A stretch of 64,000 nt of DNA. It comes from Phoronis australis (lineage: Eukaryota; Animalia; Phoronida). The stretch covers positions 62,001 to 126,000 of the forward strand of contig NMRA01000487.1 of NCBI GenBank assembly GCA_002633005.1. Direction: 5' to 3'. A program made the position numbers and the translations under genes. A model generated the notes under the pieces. That model had not been told where the DNA came from, ran no database searches, and saw only the letters and a program-made list of their open reading frames with translations. Below, piece after piece: positions 39,101 through 53,600 of this stretch. Within the stretch, counting starts at the first letter, position 1. Each line of letters opens with the position of its first letter.

Positions 39101-41699
39101 TTCAGCCACTAACCCTCTGCCTTGTTGAATTATAGTCTGATTTTTAAGGGTTGGGGGCAAGAGGCCCGCCCCCCCCTTGGCTGCCGGAAGCAAAGATGGA
39201 AGAGCAACATCGTGAAGCGCGAGGACACATTGAGTAAGCAATTGACTAGGACGCGGAGAAGGGGGTGCCCCAGATCGAGGCGTTCCCGTTTTTTATTTTT
39301 TAGTCCACCGGTAGGTTTTCTGAACAGATGGTTCACGTAGTTTGTCCGAGACAACATGTTGGCCCCCCTCTTATGGTATCCTAGATCCGCCACTGTGAAT
39401 AGTTTTGAAATACAAATGTAAAATAATGAGCATGGTTTTAATAAATGCAATAAAAATAATTTGGTACACAGAGACTTGAAACTGGCTTGGAGTCAGGGCG
39501 AAATATTTAAATCTATTGCCTCCCGTTTTTTACGTCAAAACTGTCGAACTTTTCTATAATGAAGCATCATAAATGTAACCCTTTATGTTTTGTTTGCTTA
39601 TTTTTATGTTAGATTTTATTCGAATAACGATTTCATAAACTCTAGGTTTTCAATGATAAAACAGTGTAATCCATAAGGAAGTAGTGCATTTCGCCGTCTA
39701 GTATCAGATAGCGCATGTCCGACACTACAGGCTCTTTGTGTCGGTGTAGCAGGCGCGCGTTGAGTAAAACTGTGGATAAAGTTTATAAATAGCAGTAAAC
39801 GGTATTATTGACATGTTCTCAAGTTACGATGTAGGTTTATCTGGTGGTAATTGACTGAATGTTAATGAGAATGGACATACGACTCACACAAAAGTTGAAC
39901 ATCTAATACCATATGATGACCCCTACTGGGCCCGACCGAGGCTATATTCCTCCAGGCGATATCACACTAAAGTCAATCCGACGAATAGCAGACGGCGGTG
40001 GAGACGATCAGTACCTTAGGGTGCACGTTCCTAAAGAGTACATGTATGGGAGCCCTTGGGCTACACAGTAACAAACGACACATGTTGTGTCACAAGTGAA
40101 GCATGGATCTAAGAATCCTTGCGTCTCTGCATCAGCAAAGATAAATGAAAATGCATTGCTTCAGGTGTCTGTCAAAGGTTATCGCAGTCACCTTCCACCT
40201 GAAAATGAATACACGGACACCGAGGAGACATCTCAGCTTATTCATGGTGCTCTAACTGAAATGATACTGATGAAAATTACACTTGTAACATTTGCAAAAT
40301 GAGTATCATATGTTTTGCAAACTACTTCTTAATTGTTGTTCTTCAAAATGCTGGCTTAGTTATTGGTTAAGAAAATCTATGTGGAGTTAATACGAGTTGT
40401 TGTGTAATGTTGTGTAACCTGATGGTGCAGAATATGTATTCGTTTAGATAACATGTTAATACGTTCGATCCATGTGACGTCGCACTAAGCTGACAGTGCT
40501 CGACAGTATCTGGAATTGATATCTCGCTTGTCTCGGGCAAATGAGCGCAATTCTCTAATGGAAGCTATGGTGTCTGTAAAAGATTAGCGCGGTTTTTACA
40601 GCCCTTTCTCTATCGACAAAGTTAGTTAGCTACTCAGTCCATAGTATATTAGCGATACAACAATGCAAGTCTAAGTAGGTCTATAAAAAGTAAGTTTATC
40701 GATTAAGATATCAAATTTGTCGATCAGAACCGCGATGTAGGTGGCCGGGCATTGATCTCTTTCATTTGGGAACTGTGACTCATGAAGGAGGTGTTGCTTT
40801 GTCCATTCAAAATCCGGCCCACTCAATAGATGGGCAGAAGGAAAATGAGTATATGAAACTATATTCCAAATGATAAATCATTCTGCTAGAAATTTTCGCC
40901 CATCCTTTATTCCATCTACCACAGGCCGGCAAAAGAGCCAAAAGACCCAAGACTGAGACGGTTATACCATGGGCAACGCAAAACCAAAATACCCACCCAA
41001 GATCTATTCGAGGATTAGAGTAAAAATAAAATCCATGTTCACCTCAGTTGGCTGCACATTCCCGCCAGTAAGGATTACTCTGTGGACAAGAGAAGTCACG
41101 GCATCTACGCATTTCTATCGCGAAACACTATTTCTATCAATACATATGATAGTTTTCTTACTTGTTTTTGGATAGAGAAAACATTGTATTAAAAGAGACA
41201 TTTAATTAATAAACAATATAAGGCGCATTTAACGGCGACAAAAACCCGAGTACCGACTTATAATAAATTGGGCGTTTTCGACCGCCTAGTAAGTAATGAA
41301 ATTCGCCTGATATGTGACTCATAATCCGATGAAATTACCAAGTGAGAATAAACAATACTGCAGCTTAAGATTACGGAAAATCTCCAGTATTTTGAGAAAT
41401 AACTGCTTCTACAAAGACTTATTTGTTGATTAAATAAAAAAAAAACATCGCCAGGGCTATCATTTGCCAAATGACAGTGCACACTGGGAACAGATTTAAC
41501 AAAACAGCTGTTATGGTCCTGAAGAAAATCATGCGACAATGTCATAATATTCGTATTGAATTGACAAAACCCTAATCTAAATTTTACCAGCAATGGACAC
41601 AATAAAAAACAAGGAACATCATAAGATTTCTAGAATTCACAGAATAGCTTAAAGACTTTTCATCAACTGACTTCAATTTGTCGTAGTTTCCTTTGGGCT

Positions 41700-43300
41700 G
41701 AAAAACCAACACAGCGAAATACTCTCGATTGGGACACCCTTCGGGAATTACTCCCACTGAGGTCCAAGTACTGAATGCTGACCCTCGCCAAAATTCGACA
41801 ACTTCACGAACGTTTCTATAGAATAGCCATACAGTAGAAGCTAGCCAGCCACCAGGGGCGTTTCAGACTAAACGGGCGCTGAGACTGACTAAGACAAGCA
41901 AACGCGGATCTCAGTCGTACTGAGTACATCCCAGTGATGTTTCATGGTCAGGCCTACTTTCATTCCAGTGTAAATGAATTTTATTTCTTAGTACTTACAT
42001 ACTTGCTCCTGAAACCCATGAGCGCACCCACGGGAGGGGGGGGGTCCGCCTCTGAGAAAAAGTCCGAGAAAATGAGACAAAAGTTCACTAAATAACCACA
42101 AACGAGCAATTCACAGTGGTGCCCCCGTTTTTTTTTTTAGTCCACCCGCTTTTTGTTATCAAAAGGTCCACAACGTCAGGAATTCGAGCTCCCCATATTG
42201 AATGCTGGGTGCGCGCATGAAATCTATAGAGCTCATGCTTTGATCTGTACGGCGACAGTTTCCCGGCCCTGAACACACCCAAACAATTACCATCGCGGGA
42301 CCATGATTTTAGGTATTTTCGACCACACTACTGGCACAAACTGAGGATCGAACTACAGCCACAATTTCAATTAATCAAAAACATCTATTACTGAATGATG
42401 AGACGAAGCGCACCTGCTGTGCCCCCACACATGACTGACCTCTCATGCCGGGCGGGGACAGACACCGGTGAAATGAACAAATTAAAAACGTTTCAGCAGT
42501 ACGTTTTCCTTTTCGTTTAGCTTTTTATTAACAAGTTTCACGCAATCCCAACAGCTGAACTGGTTGCAAAGAAGCATGTACGCGCGGCGTTTTTGACACC
42601 CGCTTTGCCAATGATCATAAAAATTCTCACTCGAAAGTGGTACCGCGTCGGCCAAGCCTAATCATTAATTGTCCCCGCGGTGACGTATTGAAAGTGTTTA
42701 ATTCAGCCATAAACTGTGTTTCTCCGTCGTACACGAAGATCTGAGTCGTCTTATCTTCCCACCCATGGCTTCATAGACTGATGAGCATACTTGTACTGAG
42801 CCTTGTGGCTAATCATCAATTAATGGGGAGTTCCCAAGCTTGAGTGGAAGCCCCCTGGGAGGAAGACCGGAATGCGTGACCTATCTATTTTTAGCTCTTC
42901 GAGAACGACTTGCAATACCCATAATGCACAGCTGTACTATTTTCCGTTCTAGTTCGTCAACGAAGGTTGCAGACGTACTCTTTCATTTCGCATCATCTGT
43001 TTGTTTTTTCCTACAACTTTGACATGTTGGACATGAGATAACAGCGCGCCTTTCTCAGGGGACACGTCTGCGACTCGATAGAACAGGTAAACTGTCAAGA
43101 ATATTCAAATTTAGCCGGAATTCACTTAAATTTTTCTTTTTCTGTTGCACCTGACTCTTGAGGGGGCTCGGAGACTGTGTGAATGAAGTCAGTGCCCAGC
43201 CGAGTTTGTCTGCTGTGCTTGAACTTGGAATTCCGGTTGATCTCAAGATAGCGTTTGCATGAATCTCGTGTTAATAGAATAATGAAAGTTTAACCAACTT
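41700..43300 (+). promoter_or_regulatory. CpG-enriched region, candidate promoter or non-coding first exon of the NCX gene
   Basis: CpG-rich relative to flanks; donor-like CAG/gtaaac at 43087. The NCX coding exon has a splice acceptor before its ATG, so an upstream exon is expected, but its position here is inference. Confidence 0.3.
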
Positions 43301-44469
43301 TTAATTAAAATCTTTAATTACTGGATTTTTTCAATTATTGGTGCAACTTGATTGATTCTGCGACACGAAGTTCGTGAAAGGAGAAAATGCGTGATAGTGG
43401 GATCAATGGTACAAAAATTCTTTATAGACTTTATACTGAACGAGTTTCATGTGACTGTGTATTATGTAATTCAAAGTTCACACTATGTTGTCTTGAGATC
43501 AGTGTAATTCAAGCACAGCGGGTCAACTTGAACTTGGTCCTGTCACCGGGGACTGACCCTTCTAAGCCCAAGTGGAAATTACAAAAAAATTAAGTTGTCA
43601 ACAAAACTGCTGATGTGATGTGATGTATAACCTGATTACAAATCTATTTCAACATAAACTGTTAAAATTTGATCTTCTGATAATTTTTTTGGGTTTTGTT
43701 GGTCATCCGTGTCATGGAGTAGTGCATCAAACTGCGCGTATTAAATCAAACTGTTTAAGTCACCTGATGAAATTGCTATATGTAAATCAGGGACTGCTAT
43801 ATGCAACCAGTGCTGAGGCCTTTTATTGAGCACCAATGGACCACAATAGAATAGAGGAGGGTATAATGTGCTGTTGTTCTTCCTCTGACTCTGCATGGCA
43901 ATGCCCATGGCATAGCACATCAGAGGGAATGCATTCGGGGGAATGAATTGTTGCAAATCTTTTTGTCATCGACTTCTCAAGCTAATCTGGTGAGTCTGTA
44001 AGCCCCAAACACTTTGGAAATGTTATGTTAAGAAAATACTTCTGTTTTGTATTTTGTGAGTGACTCGTCACGTTTAAGGTTCTTAGATGCACTTTCTTGA
44101 GAGAGTGCAGGTCTCTCAGATTCTGTAGTCATTCACTTAGTCTCTATTGTTGTAGCTTTGTTTTCATTTTCCGAACTGGTGTCCCCAGTACTTTTTTAAC
44201 TAGCTAATGTTTAGGAAGCCTGCGCACTTGAATGTAGTTTTTCACCCCTTCTACGCATTCATTTGTGTCATTGTTCCGTTTGATGCACAAGGTAGTCCAA
44301 CCTTTTGGAAATTATTTGCTTATATTTTTACTGTGCCATCATTTTACCAACACTGGAGTCTCGACAGATGATGTAAAAGTTTTCCGTGAATATAAACAGG
44401 TGAGGAAAAAGATCAGCAACAATGACTAGAGCGTTTTTGTTTTCATGAAATTCAACAACCATGCCTACT

Positions 44470-44920
44470 TTTAAGATTACTTAGGACCTGCCTATGTATT
44501 TAGTCAAATGTGTACACAACTATAGATTACAACTCGGTAAAAGTATATGTTTTCTGAAAGTAGACAGTCTATAGAATTGGATATTTGACTTTAAATGGGT
44601 CAGGTGACCATGTCTTTTTTGGAAAATTTAGTAGAAGACAAAGGTACATTTATAGCAAAATATTGGTGTCAATAACAGGACTAAATTTTGTTTGATAATG
44701 AGGGCTCAATAATGCTGTTTTTTCATAAAAAAATAAAAAAATTCCTATATTTTGGCAGCCCCCCCTTATGGAAAAGTGGGACATTCCTGACAGTTTTTTG
44801 GAGACCAGTGCATAAAGCTAAAGTATCTGAAAGTTTCATGTGAATCCGATCGGCCATTTCTGAGATGTGATATTTTGAAGTTATCCGAGTGTGGAATTTT
44901 TGTATAGTCCTACACAATTG
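44470..44920 (-). mobile_element. Inverted copy of the Kolobok-like family
   Basis: ttaagattacttaggac at left end, gtcctacaca at right end, internal tatctgaaagtttcatg and ttcctatattttggcagcccc. Confidence 0.6.
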
Positions 44921-46437
44921 TTTCTTGACATTTAATTTGAATGGTTTGGGGCCAGCTTTATTTTGCTGCCATTTAGCCCCAATGTTCTCCCTATACGCAC
45001 CATCTTTAGAAGTCTTGAACTATGTTTGAAAAACTCTGAGCCGTTTTTGAAAGGCATGAATTTTGTATGCTTTACAAGGCAAATGATTGAAGTATTGTAA
45101 AGTGGTACCCTTCATACTTTTGCTGTATACATGGTAGTGACATGCTCAGGTGTGTAAGGCATGTTTCTGCACAAATTTAAAGAAAACACCACATGAAATT
45201 TGTACCATGTGCGAATTTTTCCCTGAGAGAACCATTGAAAGATGATAGCTCATTCAATGATGCAGTGTTTTTAAGAAGGTGAATTCTTGGTTGTGTTACC
45301 CAGGAAGATGTTGATAAATGTCAAACCATAGACTATAATGCATGGACCGCCAACTCCATATATTTTCAGTGGAGGAAATCTGAGATCTTGCGCATAAGCC
45401 GTGACGTCACTATTCACTAGCGACACCTGACTGACATAGCACATTTTACTTGGGGCAAGTACATCGTCGGCTGTTGTGTGGTCCGGTAGCATGGTCACAA
45501 TATATTAACCGGAAGCTGGGTTTGCTATGTTTAGAGGGTGGCGCCTCCTCTAGGATATTACACAAGAAAATGTCAGAGTTGCGATTCTGTTGTCTATAAT
45601 CTATTGTCAAACATAGTGAATGGTTTTCACAGTTATTTCAAGAATCTCATCTGTGTGTGCTTCATGACAACCATTCAGTTCTAACCAGTGGCCCTTTGGC
45701 ACTCGGTAAATAAAGTTTAAATCCCTTGTAATGTCTATTTTATTATAGTTCAAGTCTTCTAAACTTTATAGAACAGAGTTATGGTGGTTATGAAATCGTC
45801 TCAATATGGCAGAGTTTTAGCAGTAAGTTATGTTGTGACCATCTGAAAGACACCAGTTTCACAGAGAGAAAGGAATAAAATTGGAACATTTAAAAGTAAG
45901 TTGTAGCCTGTATGTAATGTGGGTACTTGCAATTAAAATGAGTTTTATTGTACTTACTGTGGCAATCATTTTGTTGGTACACCACTAAAAATTATTTTGA
46001 AAATTGCGTATTAAATTCTGGATACTTTAAAACATTTGATTATGTGTTGGAAAACCATCATTTAGGAATAAATTTATTCTAGATAGGATTGCTGTTAAAT
46101 TCCCTTAATGAGGTTTTTAGCTTGTGAAGTGCTAAACAAGTATTTTAAGTAACTTGATTGTAGGCTACAGTGAAGAATTATTATTTTTGTTGTCCACCGT
46201 TTACTTACGGTTTGACTGTTTTTTGCTAACCCTTGTATTGATCCTTGTTGAAGGCTGACTTAAAGAAACTTGATTGATAATTACCTTTAACTTATATAAT
46301 TTAGTTTTATTCATTCACACTCTGATGTTATGATTACAGCAGTTAAAACTACTTTAAATCCATCGTGCGTCACAATTTTTTTTATTGAATTCACCAGTTC
46401 CATTATAAAATTGGGCTCAAGTTGTTGTCAAAAGATA

Positions 46438-46544
46438 TACTGTAAACTCGGTTTAACACCCTGGGCGCTGAAACTGGGAAACCCTGAGATCGGGTGGGGT
46501 GGGCGATTACCTGGGCATGGGTGTTAACCCACGAGTTTATGGTA
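46438..46544. mobile_element. Short palindromic MITE
   Basis: tactgtaaactcggtttaacaccc ... gggtgttaacccacgagtttatggta. Confidence 0.6.
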
Positions 46545-49055
46545 GATGTATTGACTGTTCCGTCATTGTTTGAGACTAGGCTCTACCAGTTGACTTTTCA
46601 TTTTATTTGTCAAGCAAAAACAAACTTTCCATTCTGTGCAAGACCTAGAAAATGACAAGCATCTAAACACATTGTGTGTTCCATTGGAGTATACATCACA
46701 ATGTCCTAGGTCACATTATGAATGGAAGAATTCTTCTGCAACTAATGGCACATAATTCTTCTACAACTAATGGTACATTGTAATACACATTTTGCAGTAT
46801 TTTCTGGTCTGGGACAACCCAGCTACAATTGTCCTGTTTTCAATAACCTGTGGGATCTACAATACAATGAGAGTATAGGTTAATGTCAGCAGTTTTGTCA
46901 GACATATGTGCTGTCCCTAAAGGAATCATTTTCGGCAGCAGTAATTTTGTTCCCTCACCTCTCGAATCTCGTTTTAAATGGAAAATTTATGTCGAAGCAT
47001 GTTTCGCTCTCTGCTGTTAATTGACAAAAACGTAACAATAATTACTGGCCTCCTTCCCCGTCACACGTGTGCTCTTTAAAGTGAGCATCCTGACTAAAAA
47101 GTGCTCACAAAATTTCCAGTAGTGAAAACCAGCAACAGTGATATGATTCAGAATCGTTCACATTTCTGGCGTTTTTGCTTCTGGCGAAAGTGTTAGTAGG
47201 CTAAAATGAAAATGACATGTCACTTCTGAAATCTTCACCAACTCTAGCTACACTGCTGGCATGACGTCTTGATAAGTTGTTTCTCCCAAGTTCAAACCTT
47301 ACTGTGCACCAGGAAAATTACCATCAAAGTGCTCACCATAAGTGTACCAGGTACCCATGCTTGTTCTTCCAAGAACGCTATAAACACTGATGATGGGTGG
47401 AGAAATGGCCAGTGTAAATAGGCTGGAGTTTGGTGTAAATAGAGCAATAGGTTTTGAAAAGGATGTTACTGCGTCCCTACCTCACTACAGTTTTAGTAAG
47501 TTGAAAGTCAAACTAGCAACATGAACTTCAGCCAATTTGTGTATGATGTATTTGACTGATATTGGTGGAAATTTTTATTGTTGCATGAAAAAATCATGTC
47601 TTCAGGGTTTACGGTAATAGATCAAAAGGACCTTTCTGGTTGGCATTATGTTCACACCAAACGTGGTTTCCTTCCCTGGATTTGTACAAGGCTAAGTGTA
47701 TACAGTACCATGCTTTCAATGAAATCAAGCTGTATAAATGCGTGTAGAAGAGATTTTGAAATTGTTGCAGTGTGTGCCGACTGGAATCACTTGATTGCTT
47801 TTTACGAAGCTGATTGGAAAGTAGGACTTGGTTATAAACTGACCACACTGGTCATGTGGTCAAACAAATGGAAATTCTGTGAAAATGTGACCGACTTTGA
47901 TGCGATTGATGTATAAATTAGAAGAAAAATCTCAAAATCGTTTTACAACATGAAATATAAAGTGCAGCCAATATTTCATGCATTCGCAATTGAAAAGTAG
48001 ACATTCATACACAACACAGCTATTGAACACTGACTGGTCCTCTTCATCCACTTTTTCTACAAGGAGCACGAGAAGGTATTTGTTGTGGAAATGTGAACAG
48101 TACCTTTCTGTATATTAGTTATGTTACCTTTTATGGATTTGAATGCTACTATTGTACTGTTTGTTTTTGCTGGGACACAATAGCTTGAACTAAGGAACAC
48201 ACTGGAGTCATGTAGCAAAGCTCCTGACTTGATGCTTTGCTAATAAGACATCATTAGCAGAATGATGAAAGTCTGTAGTACCCCCAAATGGACAACTGAA
48301 TACTCACTGGCTTGGGCTAATGAATGAGAGTCCTTTGTATTGACACCTGAATAGATATAGAGAAGAGGACCCATCTGATTAGTTGGATGCAGGCATTTGT
48401 ATTAGAAGGACATCTTTGCTTGTCAAGTGAAAGAGGGCTCTGCTTGTAACACCTTGTCAATTTAGAGTTCCCCAATGATTTCATTAATCAGCCATTTATT
48501 CCCAGCCCCAGGATAGTGCTGATCATTTAATGTCCTGCATCACCTTTTATTCTTCAACTTGTTAAAAGCGGAATTGAAGTTGGTTGCAGGATTTGGCACA
48601 TGGTGATGTCACTTAGCTCTTTTGAGACCACATCTGTTTGGATTTTTTGTCATGAAGTTGGGGGTTTTCTTCCGAACCGGATGTGATTAGATGTCTATTT
48701 GCGCGATCCCATCTTTTATATGCACAGTAGTCCTCATTTGTCTGAGGTATCAAAGTGAGGAAATTATTGACTGTCAGATTGTTTGTGTTATGTTGCTTCG
48801 ACATCTGTTGCTTGCTCAATCTTGTGTGAAGGCTCTGGCTAAAAATATGACCCAACCTTGACTTACGACTGTAGTACACCAGGCACATGTACGTTTAATC
48901 CTAAGTAGGTAAATATTTAGTTTGGGACTCTGACCATAGTTTTAACTTATCATTAAAAAATGTGAAGTCATATCATTCTACTATTTGGACATCCTACAGC
49001 TTGAAGTTTACAGAATAGGTGAACATAGTGTGTCTACAGATGTGCTGTGATAGAT

Positions 49056-49294
49056 TACAGTAAATCTCACCAGTTTAGGACACAGTATGATGGACAAGTA
49101 AACTTTAAAAAAATTGCACAAAACTTCATTGGGTCAAAGTAAATGTTTTTCCATTTTCAAGTTGTGTCGTAGATATCATCAGACAATGTTTTGAGAAACT
49201 GCCAGTACTTACAACAGTGTCGTATGCTTTTGAAAAATGAAAAAGATCAATTTTGACTATAGTTTTTTTTCAAAACTGACGAGATTTTTCTGTG
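49056..49294 (+). mobile_element. MITE, same family as 12257-12491
   Basis: tacagtaaatctcaccagtttaggac ... aaactgacgagatttttctgtg. Confidence 0.65.
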
Positions 49295-49743
49295 TAGTCT
49301 GCTTGAGTAAAATTGCAGAATGAAAGAGCGTGTACAAGAGCTTCATCAACACAGCTATAGTGATTTAGTGGTAATCTGATAATTAGCTTGAATTGATCAG
49401 TGTAAATGCCATAAACCACATTTGGTGAAGTTCCCATTATTTTGAACAAAGTAACCAGCCTCTGAAAAAAAATGATCTTTTTGGAAATTTTAATTATTGT
49501 GGTAAAATTGAAGAATTGCTGTACCTTATTTTTAGAATATGGTAGGTCTTGGTTGTTGTGTGTTTATATGCGTTGACAGCGCTGGACGCTTATCTAAACG
49601 CCAAGTCAGATTTGGCGACCTAGTCGCCAAAACTGAAAATCCTGGGCTTAGGCTCTTTAATCAATTCCCAGGTTTCTTATCCGGGCATCCCAATAAAAGA
49701 TCAGATGGCTGTAGGGCCACCCAATGACTCCTAAATGTAGGCG

Positions 49744-49893
49744 CAGTGGCGAATTTAGAGGGGGGCCAAGGGGTCCATGGCCCCCCTAAAATTCTCCCAA
49801 ATTCCATTTGGCAGTTCGTGGGTGCGAAGGGCAAAATCGTGGCTACTATTCTGCCCTGGCCCCCCTTAATTCAAAATCCTGGATCCGCCTCTG
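49744..49893 (+). mobile_element. Short element with CAGTGGCG...CGCC(T/A)CTG TIRs (hAT-like MITE). Copies at 4141-4240 and 30900-31010; related end near 39395
   Basis: Shared internal aaaattctccc..attccatttggcagttc..gggtgcgaa..ggcaaaatcctg and ccctggcccccc..tcaaaatcctggat. Confidence 0.7.
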
Positions 49894-50620
49894 AGGCGTA
49901 CATTCATTTTTTAACTCGATTCCTCCTGCTGCCAATCGAGCATAGCATGCAGACGACTGCATGGGCTTGTACCGCAAATTTTGCTGATCTTGCCCGATTT
50001 TTGCCGAACAATTCCAACTTTAGTCTGTTTATTTCCTCTTGTAATTTAAACGTTGTGGCAAATGCGCTGATTTTACGAAATAAACGGAACAATTGTTAAT
50101 CAAAGATAAGAAATCTTGGAAAACTTAGTAATTTAAAACTTGGAAGTCAACACAAACTTTGAAATTCATTTTGAGGGAATCGTCTGACTTTTATGCTCGC
50201 AGGTACGACTTCATGGGAACTTGAAATTTTTCCCAGGTCGCCAAACACTATCTGAGGTGACAAATCGAGCGTTGTTTAGTGTATTCACTTTTAATTACTT
50301 AGACCATCTTTGATTTAGACTTTAACTTCATAGTTTGTTTTTTCAACTTGCGATATGTTACTGTGCCCTTGTGTATATCCATTTATAAGCTCTAAGGTTT
50401 TAAACTGTTCCTTCGACTTGTATTGGATGACGAAGGTTAGGGATCTAAATAGCTTATGCTTGTGGCTCTTAGCCTCAAAACATCCTAGCCACAAAGTGTT
50501 CCCAACTCTTGTAGTTGCACAAGCTGAGAATTATAACCTTTCCAGTGTTTGGTCGACTTTCTCCCTTACCAGTGCACTCTTGAGCATTTGTTTCTACTTA
50601 GTTAAGGGGAATATGAGCTG

Positions 50621-50669
50621 TCTCTCTCTCTCTCTCACTCTCTCTTTCTTTCTCTTTCTCTGCCTCTCT
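50621..50669. repeat. (CT)n / pyrimidine-rich microsatellite
   Basis: tctctctctctctctcactctctctttctttctctttctctgcctctct. Confidence 0.85.
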
Positions 50670-53600
50670 GTAATTCCACATGTGCAGGAGTTTATCTATA
50701 GAACCACAGCATAGCTCTGCATGGCATCTATGACCATCTATGCCTTGGATTCGATTGACGGCCTTTCAGGTATATATATACGTACATATTTATATATTTA
50801 GCCTATTCTGCTTTTCTCGCTCTTTGTAATCGTCGCTGCCAGTGAGGGTGTTCGCGCATGGAAATTATTTGCATTCTGCATCAGTATTCCTATTAATGGG
50901 TGTTCTTTTAATTGATATTGAATTGGCAGATGAAATCCACTGCTTGTTCATATTTCTTTTTGATCTCGGCAGGTGCAGTTGTTCATTATTAGAATTCCTG
51001 ATAAATGTGACCTTGAGTTGTGTGTAGGTAAATTAACATTTGTAGCATTTATAAATGTTTTTGTTACTATAAACATGCTGGATATATCCTGAAGGGTTGA
51101 TTAAAGTAGGCAAGCCTACAGCATGATGTTCAACATTTAAGTTGAATAAGACAGTCTTGTATCAGACTGTGTATGTTGCATTCACATTCATTTAATGGGC
51201 CCTTCCTGATTACACAGCAACACTAGAATCTTGCTGTATTTACCCTCAGTACCGTAAACACCCGTCAGGCATATTTGCTGCCTGGTTTTCGTGCCACTGG
51301 AGCTTCACAATTGTTATTTGTTGTTGGATTCTTTACATTTTTTTTTCGGTTGCATTACTCTTTTTGTCCTTCCAATGCCAACGAAGTATTACTGGTGTGC
51401 TGCGGGCTGCAACTCTGGCGTGAGAAAGTGGTAAACCGGATGAATACCCATGGATGCTTGATGTGAATTTCGTCGCTTTCCAAACATCATCGAGATACAT
51501 GAAAATGTGCCTGATTTCCAAAACGAGGTCTATCGCTGTGTAATCCGGCATGTTCCTATTGGCATGTAAAATCGTTAGGATTCTCAATGTCAGTTTTGAT
51601 ATATATTGTTTTATGTCTAGATATTACATCTCTTTGCTTGTTCCCAACTTGAACCTGGCCATGCAGTATGTGGTATTTTAGTTTGACTCCAGACCTTTAA
51701 GTTTTTACTTAGGTCTATTTAATAAGAGACAAGCTCTTTAGAAGTGCCCTGAGCTCTTTGCAGCATTTCCTATAATTGTGTCTAGTAATACACAAGGTTC
51801 GCCATTGGGTGTTTTCAGACTTAAAAACTCGGTTAGGTATTTTTAGAGAACTTTGAAATTGTATCTTGAATTGGCCAGTATGTAAGTATTATACAGAGTT
51901 TGACAAATGTGCTGGCGCTGTTTTCGTTCTGTAAATGAATAATTAAGACTTGGCGATTTGCTTAGTTGAAGTTTAGTATTCGTGTTCAAATCCGAAATTA
52001 TGGGAAACTCAATGATCGCTAGACACATCACGCTGAAATCACACATATCTTCTATTGTGGATCAGGTCTAACTGAGATAACTTGTAGCTGAGAACAACCT
52101 ACATTGGTTCAACAAGAAATTTACTTGTGTTATTTAGCCAGTTAATTGAAATAACCATACCTTTTATACCTTCAGATTATTGGACTTAGAAAAGTCAGGG
52201 ATCTGTGATTGTGATAGGTGCCAGGCTTGTTCTTTTCAGACAGTCCAGTTCGAAATTCATATGTGTGTTGAAAGTAGAGTTGGTATATTTAGACCACACG
52301 TACATCAGTTATAGTGTAATCTTGGTCTGTTTTCAGTGATTCATTAGTAAAATTATTGCATAACTGGCAGGTTAGATCTTATTAATAGATCTGGCCTACA
52401 GATGAGGGATTTGATGTAGCTGAGCCCCTGATAACTCTTGTTTTTATTCAGGTGCCTTGTGTCATTTTGTTCTAATTATGTGCTGGTGGGTTTCTCATGA
52501 TGTGGATCATGTCCAGTCTCAGTTACTGGGTGACCAAAAAGTTCACAGACTAATACCATTAGACATTGATCTCTTTTTTCCCCACCAGTATTCGATTATG
52601 TCTTATTAAGTATTATCTCATAATTGGTAATTGAATCAATGTTGTTCTTTTCTACATTTACCTGAGTTTGTTAATACATTTGAAACTTGTGCTTGATGTT
52701 GGAATGTGTTTGTCACAGTTACACCCAATTAGTTTGGGAGATCCTTATAATTTTAAGATAGACATTGCTGCATAGAGACAATATTCTATAACCATAGTCC
52801 CTTTCCCCGTACAGTTGACTCCGCTACTATGGAAGTTTTAACGTTACCTGAGGTTAACCACGAAGTTAGATGTTCCGTTCCATCAGCTGCGAAGTTAGTC
52901 AGAAAACTAGTTCAGCGAAGTTATCTCAAGGTGGTGCTAATATGACCATCACTGAATAAAGGCGGATTAGCATATACCGATAGTACAGTACCCGTTCAGT
53001 GATTCTTTTATAAATGGTCGTTTATCTCACGGTATGGAAACAATGCAGCAAAACTGCACTCACGAACATATCTCCTTCTAAACATGACTCATGGGACTGA
53101 TAAAGTCAACTCACCCACTCACAAAGTTATTCCCGTTCTGACAAATGGCTCAGCGACTTCCAAACACAGTGTCTCACGAAGCATGGCAAAAACCTGTAGT
53201 TTACGAGTTGGTGTTTTACCGGCCCAAGGAATTATATTCACAAGTGTGACAGCCAGGTTGAGTATTCAACATTTAGAAAGTGGGCTATTAGTCAGCTCCC
53301 CAGTAATAGGGCATCCAAAAGAACGTCCCAGCTCAAATTTTGACACCTGAGCTGGGAAGCCCTGTTCAGCATTGAGACAACGTGTTCAGTATTTAGAGAG
53401 TCAAGTAAACTGAGCATGTAAGCATTGGTATCGCTTTTAACTTGCTAACAGATGCTCAGGGAGCTTGCTCTAGCAATCTCTTTCTAAGAACCTCTTTTAA
53501 TGTTATAGAGGAGGATTAGACTTCCATGCCGCACTTAGTGCGGTTGCGTAATTTACTATGGTTCGTAATCCCATGTTTTCAAGCGAAGTGAATTTGTCGC

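Noticed and set aside
39100-39400. Telomerase RNA template (CTAACCCT near 39109)
   Set aside because: No pseudoknot or H/ACA elements recognised; downstream sequence ends in a MITE terminus (gatccgccactg).
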